Shown here piece after piece: positions 30,384-39,816 of a stretch of 64,000 bases of DNA. The position numbers were made by a program, and so were the translations under genes. This DNA comes from Thermoanaerobaculia bacterium (lineage in GTDB: Bacteria > Acidobacteriota > Thermoanaerobaculia > UBA5066): the NCBI GenBank assembly GCA_963816185.1, contig CAWFJJ010000001.1, forward strand, positions 192,001 through 256,000, in the 5' to 3' direction. Under the pieces are notes generated by a model. It saw nothing but the letters and a program-made list of their open reading frames with translations. It did no database searches and was not told the DNA's origin. Numbering within the stretch: the stretch's first letter is position 1; each line of letters starts with the position of its first letter.

Positions 30384-32990
30384 ATGTCGGTTCTGACGCC
30401 GGACCCGAGCAGCCCGGAGGGCGCCGTCGGCGTACCCGGCGGCTCGCCGCGGCGCCTGCTCATCTTCGTCGGCGTCCTCGCCTGCCTTCTCGCGCTTCTG
30501 TCCGTCGTCGACATGTTCATGGCGAAGGCCTACGACGGTGTCGTGCCGGACCCGTACTCCGTGAGCGGCATTCTCATCCGCGATCTCGTCCCCGGGGGCG
30601 CGGCCGAAAAGGCAGGCCTCAGGACCGGGGACACGGTGCTGGGCATCGGACACCACATGCTCAACAAGGCGGCCGAGGCACCCGCCGAGCTGCGCCGCCA
30701 CCGCGCGGGCGAGGCGGTCGACTACCTCGTGAGACGCGGGGAGGACGTCTTCGAGACGAAGCTCGTCCTGACGCCCTTCCGCCTGGGTTCGGCATCGTAT
30801 TTCTATTTCGCGTTCCTGGGCCTCCTCTTCTTCGTCCTTGGCGCTTTCGTGATCTCGCGGCGGCCGGACGACCCGGCCGTGCAGGTCTTTTACGTCCTGT
30901 GCATTCTCTTCATGCTTTTCTTCATCTGCCGGCTGCGTCCGTCCAGCTACTACTGGATCGACTACGTCGTTCAGGTTGCCGGCACGCTCGCCCTGTTCCT
31001 CCTGCCGGCGGTTTTTCTGCACTTCTTCCTCCTGTTCCCGAAGAAGAAGACGTTCCGGTTCGCCGACCGTGCGCCCGGCGAAGCGCCCGCGGCGCCGTGG
31101 CTCTCCGCGCTCCAGCGTTTCCTCAATCGCTCGCCGCTGCTCCTGACTCTCCTGTACACGCTTCCGCCCGTCCTTTACGTCCTCCAGATGGCGGGCGCCA
31201 GAGGCGGCGGCTCGAGGCGGCTCATTTACGGTGCGCCCACGCTCAACTGGATCCTTCTCGCCGACTACCTCATCCTCGGCCTGCTCGCACTCGCGCACAC
31301 GTGGTGGACGAGCGACGACCGGGCGGCACGCCGGCCGATCCTCGTTCTTCTGATCGGCACCGTGGCCGGCATCGTGCCGTTCGTCGTCTTCGCCGTCTTT
31401 TTCCCGTCGCTCTTTCGCGAGGACCGGTATCTCGCCTGGGGCGTCGTGCCGATGGCGCTCATCCCGCTCACGTTCGCATACGCGATCGTCCGATTCCGCC
31501 TCTTCGACGTCGAGGTCATCGTCCGCAAATCGCTCGTCTATGCGATCCTGACGGCCGTCGTCACGGGGTTCTATGCGCTCTGCGTCGTGACGGGGAACGC
31601 GCTCGTCTCGACCGTCTCGTCGTCGACTCTCCTCTCGTCTCCCGCGTTCGCGTTCGGCTTCACCCTCGTCGTCGTGCTTCTCTTCGATCCCCTGCGCAGG
31701 CGGATGCAGCGCGTCGTGGACCGCCTGTTCTTCCGCGACCGTGCTGACTTCCAGCACGCGCTCCTGGAGATGAGCCGCTCGGTCGTCTCCCAGCTCGAGA
31801 GGCCGAAGCTGCGGGCGCTCTTGACGTCGCGCACGGCGGACCTCCTGCGGCTCGAGAGCCTCGACCTCCTCCTGCCGCGCGGCGAGGACGGCGCCTTCAC
31901 GGACGGCTCCACCGGGGGCGTGGCCCTTCCCGCCCTTCCCATGGGGGCCGTGCTGCCCCGGCTGGTCCTCGAAAGGGGGTCTCCCGTGAGGCTCGCCGAG
32001 CTGGACGGCTGGGAGCTCGACCCCGACTCGCGCGCGTTCGTGGCCGCGGCGAAACGCCGGCCCGTCACGGTCGTCCTGCCGCTCGCGACGCACGGCAAGC
32101 TCCTGGGACTTCTCGCCGTCGGGCGCAAGCGTTCCGAGGAGGAGCTTTCGCGAGAGGATCTCGACCATCTGCTGACGATCGCGAATCAGGGCGCGCTCGG
32201 GCTCGAGGCGGCGGGTCTCCACGAGGAGCTCACGCGCCGGGCGGAGATGGAGAGGGATCTGGACATCGCGCGCGAGATCCAGACGAGCCTTTTTCCGCGG
32301 GAGCTGCCGCGCGTGCCGGGGGTTTCGTTCTTCGGCGTGAGCCGGCCGGCGCGCGTCGTGGGCGGCGACTTCTACGACTTTCTCGAGGTGGACGGCGACG
32401 TGCGAGCGGGCGGGCGCCTCGGCCTCGTCGTGGGCGACGTGTCGGGCAAGTCGATCCCGGCCTCGCTCCTCATGGTCGCCGCCAAGGAGATCGTCTACGC
32501 CCGGGCGATGGCCGATCCCGATCCCGGCGTCGTCTTCCGCGAGTCGAACCGGCGCCTGTACGACATCAAGCGGCGGATGTTCGTGTCGCTCGCGTACTTC
32601 CTCCTCGACCCGAAGACGCTCTCCCTCACCTACGCGTTCGGCGGCCAGCCGACGCCCCTCCTCCTGCGCGCGGGCTCGGGCACCGCGGTGGAGATTCCGG
32701 CACCTACGAATCGGCTGCCTCTCGGAGCCTTCCGCGACGTTCCTTACGACACCGTCACGTCTTACCTCTCGCCCGGGGACCTCCTCCTCTTCTACACGGA
32801 CGGCCTCAACGAGGCGATGTCCGCCGAAATGGCACCGTACGGGGACGAAAGGCTCAAGGCCTCGTTCGTCCGCCACGCAAAGCGCCCTCTGCCGCAGCTC
32901 GCCGACGAGCTTCTCGAGGACATCCGCCAGTTTACCCAGGACGCCGAGCAATACGACGACCAGACCTTCGTCCTGATGCGCGTCGGGTAA
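30384..32990 (+). CDS. Membrane sensor phosphatase: periplasmic PDZ + multi-TM + GAF + SpoIIE/PP2C (RsbU-like)
   Basis: PDZ (PGGAAEKAGLRTGD), about nine further TM helices, GAF (LPLATHGKLLGLL...EDL), PP2C motifs VGGDFYD, VGDVSGK, YTDGLNE and DDQT. Confidence 0.92.
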   Translation: MSVLTPDPSSPEGAVGVPGGSPRRLLIFVGVLACLLALLSVVDMFMAKAYDGVVPDPYSVSGILIRDLVPGGAAEKAGLRTGDTVLGIGHHMLNKAAEAPAELRRHRAGEAVDYLVRRGEDVFETKLVLTPFRLGSASYFYFAFLGLLFFVLGAFVISRRPDDPAVQVFYVLCILFMLFFICRLRPSSYYWIDYVVQVAGTLALFLLPAVFLHFFLLFPKKKTFRFADRAPGEAPAAPWLSALQRFLNRSPLLLTLLYTLPPVLYVLQMAGARGGGSRRLIYGAPTLNWILLADYLILGLLALAHTWWTSDDRAARRPILVLLIGTVAGIVPFVVFAVFFPSLFREDRYLAWGVVPMALIPLTFAYAIVRFRLFDVEVIVRKSLVYAILTAVVTGFYALCVVTGNALVSTVSSSTLLSSPAFAFGFTLVVVLLFDPLRRRMQRVVDRLFFRDRADFQHALLEMSRSVVSQLERPKLRALLTSRTADLLRLESLDLLLPRGEDGAFTDGSTGGVALPALPMGAVLPRLVLERGSPVRLAELDGWELDPDSRAFVAAAKRRPVTVVLPLATHGKLLGLLAVGRKRSEEELSREDLDHLLTIANQGALGLEAAGLHEELTRRAEMERDLDIAREIQTSLFPRELPRVPGVSFFGVSRPARVVGGDFYDFLEVDGDVRAGGRLGLVVGDVSGKSIPASLLMVAAKEIVYARAMADPDPGVVFRESNRRLYDIKRRMFVSLAYFLLDPKTLSLTYAFGGQPTPLLLRAGSGTAVEIPAPTNRLPLGAFRDVPYDTVTSYLSPGDLLLFYTDGLNEAMSAEMAPYGDERLKASFVRHAKRPLPQLADELLEDIRQFTQDAEQYDDQTFVLMRVG

Positions 32991-33052
32991 AACTCGAAAC
33001 GCCGCGGGCGCGTATCATCGAATGGCCGCCCCGTGCGGCCTCCGGAGGCTCC

Positions 33053-34500
33053 ATGCCGCTCGCGTCCCGCCGCTTCCTGCGCCCGCTCACCCTCGCCCTC
33101 GTGGTGGCGGGTCTCGTGGTGGCCGGGACCGCCGCGGCGTTCTTCCTCAGGAGCCGCCGCGAGGTCACGACGTCCTCGAAGCAGGCCCTGAAGGCTTACA
33201 ACGAGGCGCGCGACAACGACCTCAAGATGTACGAGCGCGAGGCGATCTCCGGGTACGCGACGGCGCTTCAGTACGACCCCCATTTCGTCATGGCGACGCT
33301 CCGACTCGCCGAAAAGATCCGGGGGCGCGACCCCGAGCGGGCCAAGTCGCTCCTCATGTCGGCGGCGCGCTGGAGGGACGGGCTCACGCCGCGCGAGCAG
33401 CTCATGCTCAAGATCTACGAGGAGCGCTGGGAGCGGCACGACCCGGCGGCTCTGGGCGCGCTCTACGACGAGTACCTGCGTCGATTCCCGGACGACCCGG
33501 AAGGCTATCTGATGCGGTGCTACTTCCTGGCGAGCCAGAAGCGGACCGCCGAGGCCCTCGCGGAATACGAGCGCCTTCTCACGGTGAATCCGAACTACGC
33601 GACAGCCTACAACGTGCTCGGCTATGCCAGCGCGGCGCGCGGCGACTACGCAAAGGCCGAGGACTACCTCAAGCGCTACCGCTACCTCGCGCCGGACCAG
33701 GCGAACCCTCTCGATTCGCTCGGCGAGCTCTACGCGCTCACGGGGCGGTACGACGAAGCCGAGGACGTCCTCAAGAAGGCGCTCGCGGTAAAGAGCGACT
33801 TCTTCCCCGCCTACGGCCACCTCGGAACCGTGGAAATCGACCGGGGAAACCCGGCGAAGGCCGCCGAGTACTTTCTCAAGGCGTCGGACGAGGCCAGCCC
33901 AGACCGGTATGCGCCTCGACTTCCGCTTCTACGCTTCGATCGCCCTGCTCGACGCAGGCGACGAAGCGGCCGCACGCAAAGAGCTCGACCGCTTGGGGAC
34001 GGAGACAGCCGGCCTTCCGCCCGGATCGGAGGCCGAGCAGCTCCAAGGGAAGATCGCGTTTTATCAGGCGGCGTTTCTCGCGATGAAGGGCGAGACGACG
34101 GGGCTCGACGCCCTGCTCGCGACCGCGGCCGCCTCTTTCGAGAAGGTGCCGGAGGCCGAAAAGAAAGGCGCAGATCAAAACATCGCCCTGGTCCGCGGAC
34201 TCGCGGCAGCCCGGTCCGGCCGCTGCGAGGAGGCGGTGGCGCTCCTCCGGGGGAACCAGCAGCCGGTAGGTGAGTTCGGCCTCGGCGGAACGCAGTACTA
34301 CCCGGCAAACGACTTCTTCCGCGTCGTCACGGCTCGCTGCCTCCACGAGCTCGGGCGCACCGAGGAAGCGGAGAAGGAGCTCGAGTCCGCTTCTGAAGAG
34401 GAACCCGCATTTCGCCCCCGCCGTCGCCGTCGCCGCGCGCCTCAAGGCCGGGACGCCGGCTGCGGAGGTTCGGGCCTCCCGCGCCGCGGGCGCACCCTGA
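33053..34500 (+). CDS. Membrane-anchored TPR protein (apparent frameshifts near 33905 and 34385)
   Basis: N-terminal TM, multiple TPRs (NPNYATAYNVLG, NPLDSLGELY); continues in ORF 33909 and ends in frame 34270-34500 (LLKRNPHFAPA); GGAGG RBS. Confidence 0.82.
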
Positions 34501-34507
34501 GCCGTCG

Positions 34508-36001
34508 ATGAACGGCGCCCGGCCGCCTGCGCGCGACCTGGAGACGTTCGCGCTCAAGAAGAAAGTCCTGCGCCTCGAAACCCTATACGACGTCAGCCGT
34601 TCGCTCTCGGCCGCCCGCGACGAGAAGGCCCTACTCGAGGAGATCCTCGCGCGCGCGGTCCCCGTCCTCGACGCCGCACGCGGGTTCGCCGCCGCCTTCG
34701 AGGACGCCGAGGGTTCGGGCACCGTGGCCTCGCTCGGGATCGCGCCCGAGCCCGATCCGCTCGCCGTCTCGTCCGATCCATTCGTGCTCGACCTGGCGCG
34801 CGCGAAGACCGCTCTCTCGCGCGGAAGAGAGACGGTTCTGGGCAACGCCGTGGAGAGCGTCGCGGGTGTTCCGTTGCTCGGGGGCGGGCGCGTGCTCGGC
34901 GTTCTCGTGGTTCTCGACCGCGAGGCGCGGAGAGGAGCTGCTCCATCCTTCGACGAGGAGGATCGCCGCTTTCTCGTCTCGCTCGCGGGCCTCGTCGCGC
35001 CGACGCTCGATGCGGCGCGCCGCTTTCGCGCGCTCGCCGCCGACCTCGATCGCCTCAGGGAGGAGAACCGCTCGCTCAAGGGGAGCCTCGGCGTGGACGA
35101 GATCCTCGTGGGCGACTCGCCACCCATGCGGCGGGCGAAGGAGCTCGTCGCCCGGGCCGCCGCATCGCGTGTCAACGTCCTCGTCACGGGCGAGAGCGGC
35201 ACCGGTAAGGAGCTCGCGGCGAAGCTTCTGCACGCGGGCTCGCCCCGGCGCGAAGGACCCTTTCTCGCCCTGAACTGCGCGGCCGTCCCCGAGAGCCTCC
35301 TGGAGAGCGAGCTCTTCGGCATCGAGAGAGGCGTCGCGACGGGTGTCGAGGCGAGGCTCGGCAAATTCGAGCTTGCGAACGGGGGCACGATCTTTCTCGA
35401 CGAGATCGGCGACACGCCGCTCGCCATCCAGGCGAAGCTCCTGCGCGTTCTGCAGGAGCGCGAGATCGAGCGCATCGGCGGGCGCACGAGAGTGCCGGTC
35501 GACGTGCGCGTCATCTCGGCGACGCATCAGGATCTGCCCGCCGAGATCCGTGCGGGGCGCTTCCGCGAGGACCTCTTCTACAGGCTTCGCGTCGTCGAAA
35601 TCCGTATGCCCGCGTTGCGCGAGCACCGCGAGGACATTCCGCGCCTCGCGGGGCACTTCCTCGGGCGCATTGCGGCGCGAGACGGCCGCCGCCCACCCTC
35701 GCTCTCGCGTGATGCCGTGAAGGCGCTCCTCGATTACTCGTTTCCCGGCAACGTGCGCGAGCTCGAGAATCTGCTCGAGGGCGCGGCCGCGCTCGTCTCG
35801 GGCGACGTGATCGAGGCCGCGGACCTTCAGTTCGGCATCGCGCGAGAGGGAGCCGACGACCTCCGCCTCGCGTCGGCTGATTTGCGCCACGTGGAGAACG
35901 CGCACATCCGGCGCGTCCTCGCCCAGGTGAAAGGCAACAAGAGCCGCGCGGCAAAGCTCCTCGGGGTCAGCAGGCGCACGCTGTACCGGAAGAGAATCTG
36001 A
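34508..36001 (+). CDS. GAF-domain sigma54-interacting AAA+ activator with Fis-type HTH
   Basis: GESGTGKE, ESELFG, FLDEIG, FREDLFYRL, FPGNVREL and GNKSRAAKLLGVSRRTLYRK; loop 1 reads GVATGV instead of GAFTGA. Confidence 0.95.
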   Translation: MNGARPPARDLETFALKKKVLRLETLYDVSRSLSAARDEKALLEEILARAVPVLDAARGFAAAFEDAEGSGTVASLGIAPEPDPLAVSSDPFVLDLARAKTALSRGRETVLGNAVESVAGVPLLGGGRVLGVLVVLDREARRGAAPSFDEEDRRFLVSLAGLVAPTLDAARRFRALAADLDRLREENRSLKGSLGVDEILVGDSPPMRRAKELVARAAASRVNVLVTGESGTGKELAAKLLHAGSPRREGPFLALNCAAVPESLLESELFGIERGVATGVEARLGKFELANGGTIFLDEIGDTPLAIQAKLLRVLQEREIERIGGRTRVPVDVRVISATHQDLPAEIRAGRFREDLFYRLRVVEIRMPALREHREDIPRLAGHFLGRIAARDGRRPPSLSRDAVKALLDYSFPGNVRELENLLEGAAALVSGDVIEAADLQFGIAREGADDLRLASADLRHVENAHIRRVLAQVKGNKSRAAKLLGVSRRTLYRKRI

Positions 36002-36026
36002 TAGCGGTTGTGTCGCGCCTGGCGCG

Positions 36027-38312
36027 CTACGGTTCCTTGCGGATCAGCCTCCACAGTGTGGCCCGATCGGGCGCGAGGAGCTCTGCGATGCGCCGGGGGT
36101 CGACGTCGGCGACGATGATCTGGCCGACCTCGGTCGTGACCTCGCGGAAGATGCCGTGGACCTTCATCTTCGCGGCCTGATACTGGTTGTCCTCGGTGGG
36201 AGAGACGTAGTGCACCGAGTCGGCCCGAAAGCGGTGAATCAGGAAGAGGTGGACGAGGTCCATCAGGCGCTTCTTGCGGAGCGCCGCCGCGAAGGTGTTC
36301 TGGTCGCGCACCGAGAGAATGCTGCGACCGCGCCGGTCGTGGATGGGAGCGAAGACGACGTTCGCGTGCTTTTCGTTCCCGTGGCCGGTGATGCCGAGCT
36401 CGAGCAGCTCCGAGCCGGCGCTGTGCGGCCGGAGCTGGACACGGAGCGGGCCCGGGAGGCCGTAGTGCTGCGTCCACATCGCGAGCCAGTCCTCGAGCAG
36501 CTTTTTCGGGACCTCGGTCTGCACGAGGTGCTGGTGCTGGGTGGAGCCCTTGCCCATCGCCATGGTGGTCGCCGTGCGCCCCGACGTGGCCGTCAGCGCG
36601 GCGTCCGCGCGCGGGCCGCCGACGAGGGTCTGCGGCGTGCGGTACGGCGACTCGACCATGCGGAGCTTCCGCTGCAAGCGGGCGAGAGCGAGCATGCCGT
36701 CCTGCTTGAGGGCGGTCGCCAGCTCCTCGGCGGCGAGACCGTCGATCTGGTGGCCGCCGTACGTGATGAAGTTGAAGACGAAGCCCAGCTTGCCGAGCTC
36801 CTCGGGGAATCGCCGCATCTCCTCGTCGCTCATGCCGGTGGTGTCCCAGCTGAACGACGGCGAGAGGTTGTAGGCGAGCATCTTGTCCGGGAACTCGGCG
36901 TGGACCGCTTCGGCGAATTCGCGGGCATCGGAGAGGTCGGCGGTCTTCGTCTCCATCCACAGGATGTCGGCGAAAGGGGCCGCGGCGAGCGACTTCGCGA
37001 CGGCGTACGGGATGCCGCCGCGGACCTGGTAGAAGCCCTCTGAAGTCCTGGCCAGCTCACAATCCCAGTCGACGTCGGCGCCGAGCGCGCGCGCCTTCTC
37101 GCGGGCGGCGTAGAGCGAGGCGCGCGCGGCGAACCTTCGCCACTCGTCGGGGCTCGTCTCGAGCGCTTCACCCTCACTCGCGCGGAAGTCGAGCACTTCG
37201 GCGACGGCCTCGCCGTAAGGTTCGAGGATCGCTTCGGTCTCCCACGCTGCGAGGAAGGCGGAGGCGACCCGGTCGAACATCCCGTCGAGTGAGATTTCCT
37301 TCCCGTCCCGGTAGGCCGCCGCGGCCTCCGCGGCCAGCCGCAGAAGGCCCTTGCGTTCGAGCCAGGCGGACGCGGCCGCGTGCTCGCCGTCGGGGACGGC
37401 GTAGAGCAGGTGGCCGTTGAGCTCGCGGACGCCCGTCTCGTAGAAGCTCCGGATGAGCGCCAGGTAGCAGGCCTTGTAGGCCGGCACTTCGAGGTTCGTG
37501 GCGCCGAGGAGGAACGGCTGGTCGCGCTCGTCGGCGCGTCCGTCGAGAAGGTTGGCCGCTTCCGCATCGGTGCGGGCGACGATGATGCCGGCGACTCCCA
37601 TGACGTCGAGCTGGAAGCGGGCGGCGTTCAATCGCTTGTTCTGCTCATCCTGTGCGACCAGCACCTTGCCGCCCTGGTGGCCGCACTTTTTGGTGCCCGG
37701 GCGCTGGTCTTCGATGTGGTAGCCGGACACGCCGGACTCGACGAAGCGGCGGATCAAATTGCGGACGTGGGGGTCGCCGCCGTGTCCCGTGTCGGCGTCG
37801 GCGATGATGAACGGGCGGAAGTCGTGGGCCGGCGCGGCGGCGCGCTGCGCCTCGGTCATGCGCAAGCGCAGGTAGTGCTGGTTGCGGTCGGCGGTAAGCA
37901 GGGCGCGCACCAACGTCGCGGCCTCGTCGGGCACCTGGCTCAGCGGGTAGCTCGCGAGATCGGGCCCCGGGTCTTCGCTCGTTCCGCCTTTGGCGGAGGT
38001 CGCCCAGCCGCCCAGGTAGATCCCTTCGATACCCATGCGCTTCATCGTCACGGCCTGCCCCGGCGAGTATGGGCCGAACGTCGTGATGGATTTCCTCTCG
38101 GCGAAAAGCTGGCGCAGACGGTCGTAGAACGCCGCTGCGGCCTCGCGCGCCACGGTGTAATCGTGGGCGATAGTGCCTCGCTGCTCCACGACCTGGCGCG
38201 CCGTGTAGAGGCGGGTGATCCCCGCGAAGCGGGGGCTGTCGAACCACCGCTGGGTGGCGGCGACTTCCTTCTCGAACGAGGTCATGGCGGGACTCGCTGT
38301 TGCCGTGGTCAT
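36027..38312 (-). CDS. aceA: Isocitrate lyase, large ICL2-type (~761 aa)
   Basis: [35 protein letters not shown] and LAYNLSPSF motifs; large central insertion and extra C-terminal domain. Confidence 0.95.
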   Translation of the reverse strand: MTTATASPAMTSFEKEVAATQRWFDSPRFAGITRLYTARQVVEQRGTIAHDYTVAREAAAAFYDRLRQLFAERKSITTFGPYSPGQAVTMKRMGIEGIYLGGWATSAKGGTSEDPGPDLASYPLSQVPDEAATLVRALLTADRNQHYLRLRMTEAQRAAAPAHDFRPFIIADADTGHGGDPHVRNLIRRFVESGVSGYHIEDQRPGTKKCGHQGGKVLVAQDEQNKRLNAARFQLDVMGVAGIIVARTDAEAANLLDGRADERDQPFLLGATNLEVPAYKACYLALIRSFYETGVRELNGHLLYAVPDGEHAAASAWLERKGLLRLAAEAAAAYRDGKEISLDGMFDRVASAFLAAWETEAILEPYGEAVAEVLDFRASEGEALETSPDEWRRFAARASLYAAREKARALGADVDWDCELARTSEGFYQVRGGIPYAVAKSLAAAPFADILWMETKTADLSDAREFAEAVHAEFPDKMLAYNLSPSFSWDTTGMSDEEMRRFPEELGKLGFVFNFITYGGHQIDGLAAEELATALKQDGMLALARLQRKLRMVESPYRTPQTLVGGPRADAALTATSGRTATTMAMGKGSTQHQHLVQTEVPKKLLEDWLAMWTQHYGLPGPLRVQLRPHSAGSELLELGITGHGNEKHANVVFAPIHDRRGRSILSVRDQNTFAAALRKKRLMDLVHLFLIHRFRADSVHYVSPTEDNQYQAAKMKVHGIFREVTTEVGQIIVADVDPRRIAELLAPDRATLWRLIRKEP

Positions 38313-38431
38313 GCGGCGAAGTCTATCGAACAGACCTTCGGCCGTTCCACGACGCCTCGTCACTTGGACAGAAAGGCCTAGAAATCACCGAGTTTGAGCG
38401 GGGAGATCCGGCGGAGAAATTTCTTGCTCCC

Positions 38432-38596
38432 TGTCAGTTTGATGACAACGTGCTACACTGTAGCGTTATGGCGCAGTCAAGCTAAGTTATTTTCTTAGAA
38501 TGCTAATATGATATCCGTGTGGCGTTGATCCCATAATTGTGACATAGTGGCGCATAGCTAGCCTTGGCTGCCCTGCCCATATTACCTTCTAAGAAA
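38432..38596. promoter_or_regulatory. AT-rich regulatory region with several palindromes (candidate enhancer/UAS)
   Basis: TGTCA-N6-TGACA (38432-38447), GCTACA-C-TGTAGC (38452-38464), tandem TGTG.. sites at 38518 and 38538 (TGTGACATAGTGGCGCA), inverted TTTCTTAGAA/TTCTAAGAAA (38491, 38587). Confidence 0.55.
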
Positions 38597-38656
38597 CCTA
38601 ATCTTTCCAACATCTTACATCAGCTTCGGCAGCCTCGAAATCGGCGCGCGGATCAT

Positions 38657-38671
38657 TGGCTTGACCCTTGC
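38657..38671 (+). promoter_or_regulatory. sigma54 -24/-12 promoter of the partner-switching operon
   Basis: TGGCTTGACCCTTGC matches TGGC-N7-TTGC; the predicted start near 38683 lies just before the GGAGG RBS of ORF 38700. Confidence 0.65.
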
Positions 38672-38699
38672 GATGCGGGTGTCAACCGGAGGCACCCAG

Positions 38700-38972
38700 A
38701 TGTTCAGAGAGGGCGGAATCAAGGCTGAGGCGGCAAGCGTGTCGGAGCACGCGTCATCCATGCCTGGGCGCTCCTCTTTTGCCGCCGCGCCCTCATTTTC
38801 CGAAGCTGATTCTTCCGCATCCGTCACTGCGTCTCTCCCCGTCTGGATCCGCGCGTCACACGTCACCCTCTCTCTCCTTCTCGCCGAGACCGCCGTCTTC
38901 GCCCTCGCCGCTGCGTCGGGTAAGATCCCTTCGTTCCTCTTCACAGCGATTCGCGCGCTCCTGACGTTCTAG
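38700..38972 (+). CDS. Small (90 aa) hypothetical protein, S/A-rich with hydrophobic C-terminus
   Basis: GGAGG RBS before ATG 38700; C-terminal VTLSLLLAETAVFALAAASGKIPSFLFTAIRALLTF. Confidence 0.55.
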   Translation: MFREGGIKAEAASVSEHASSMPGRSSFAAAPSFSEADSSASVTASLPVWIRASHVTLSLLLAETAVFALAAASGKIPSFLFTAIRALLTF

Positions 38973-39000
38973 GGCTCTGAGAGGGGATTGCCGAAAAGCA

Positions 39001-39438
39001 ATGTCGTCGGTCGAGCGTCGCGAGGTGCACATGACCATTCCGGTTGCGCCGGAAATGGAGATTGCCGCCACGGCACAGGTCTCGGCGCTCGGCGAGTGGA
39101 TGGAAATGGGCCGCGACAAGATCGACGAGGTGAAGATGGCCGTCGTCGAGGCCTGCATCAACGCGTTCGAGCACAGCGCGACGCCGGACCGCAAGGTCGA
39201 GCTCTCCTTTCGCGTAGGAGCCGAGGAGGGCGGCCGGGGCGCCTATCTCGAGGTCGACGTGGCGGACGCGGGCCACGGGTTTGATCCGACCCGGCTCAAG
39301 ACCCCTGAAATCGCAGCCGCGCTCAGGTCCAGCCGAAAGCGCGGCTGGGGCATCAAGATCATCGAAAGCCTGATGGACGACGTCCGGATCGAAAGCGGCG
39401 AGCATGGCACCCGCATCGTCATGCGCAAATATCGATAA
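39001..39438 (+). CDS. Anti-sigma factor Ser kinase (RsbW/SpoIIAB-like)
   Basis: EVKMAVVEACINAFEH, VADAGHGFD and RGWGIKIIESLMDDV motifs (HATPase_c_2). Confidence 0.92.
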   Translation: MSSVERREVHMTIPVAPEMEIAATAQVSALGEWMEMGRDKIDEVKMAVVEACINAFEHSATPDRKVELSFRVGAEEGGRGAYLEVDVADAGHGFDPTRLKTPEIAAALRSSRKRGWGIKIIESLMDDVRIESGEHGTRIVMRKYR

Positions 39439-39453
39439 GGTATAAAGGACCGA

Positions 39454-39816
39454 ATGAGCGAGACCTTGAAAGTCGTCGTAGACCGGCCGGACGTCAACGT
39501 CGCCGTTCTCCGCACGGACGGCTACATCAACAATACCGGCGGCGAGGAGATCGCCAAGCAGGCTTACGCTCTCCTCGGGACGGGCGTGAATCGCCTGCTC
39601 CTCGACCTCGAGAAGACGAAGATCGTCAATTCGATCGGCATTTCCATTCTCATCGAGATTCTGGAAAAGCTGCTCGACCAGGGGGGAAAGCTGGCTTTCT
39701 GCCGGTTGACACCCACGATCGAGAAGACTTTCCAGATCATGGGGCTGGCCCAATATGCGCGCATCTTCCCCGCTCCCGAGCCCGCCCTCGCCTGGCTCCG
39801 GGGCGAGACCGAGTAG
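39454..39816 (+). CDS. STAS anti-anti-sigma factor (RsbV/SpoIIAA-like)
   Basis: LLLDLEKTKIVNSIGISIL with the conserved phospho-acceptor Ser position; FQIMGL; AAGGA RBS. Confidence 0.92.
   Translation: MSETLKVVVDRPDVNVAVLRTDGYINNTGGEEIAKQAYALLGTGVNRLLLDLEKTKIVNSIGISILIEILEKLLDQGGKLAFCRLTPTIEKTFQIMGLAQYARIFPAPEPALAWLRGETE

Noticed and set aside
30306-32951. 1100 aa minus-strand ORF as a giant Tmk fusion
   Set aside because: Only the last ~218 codons are Tmk; the rest is the antisense shadow of the phosphatase gene.
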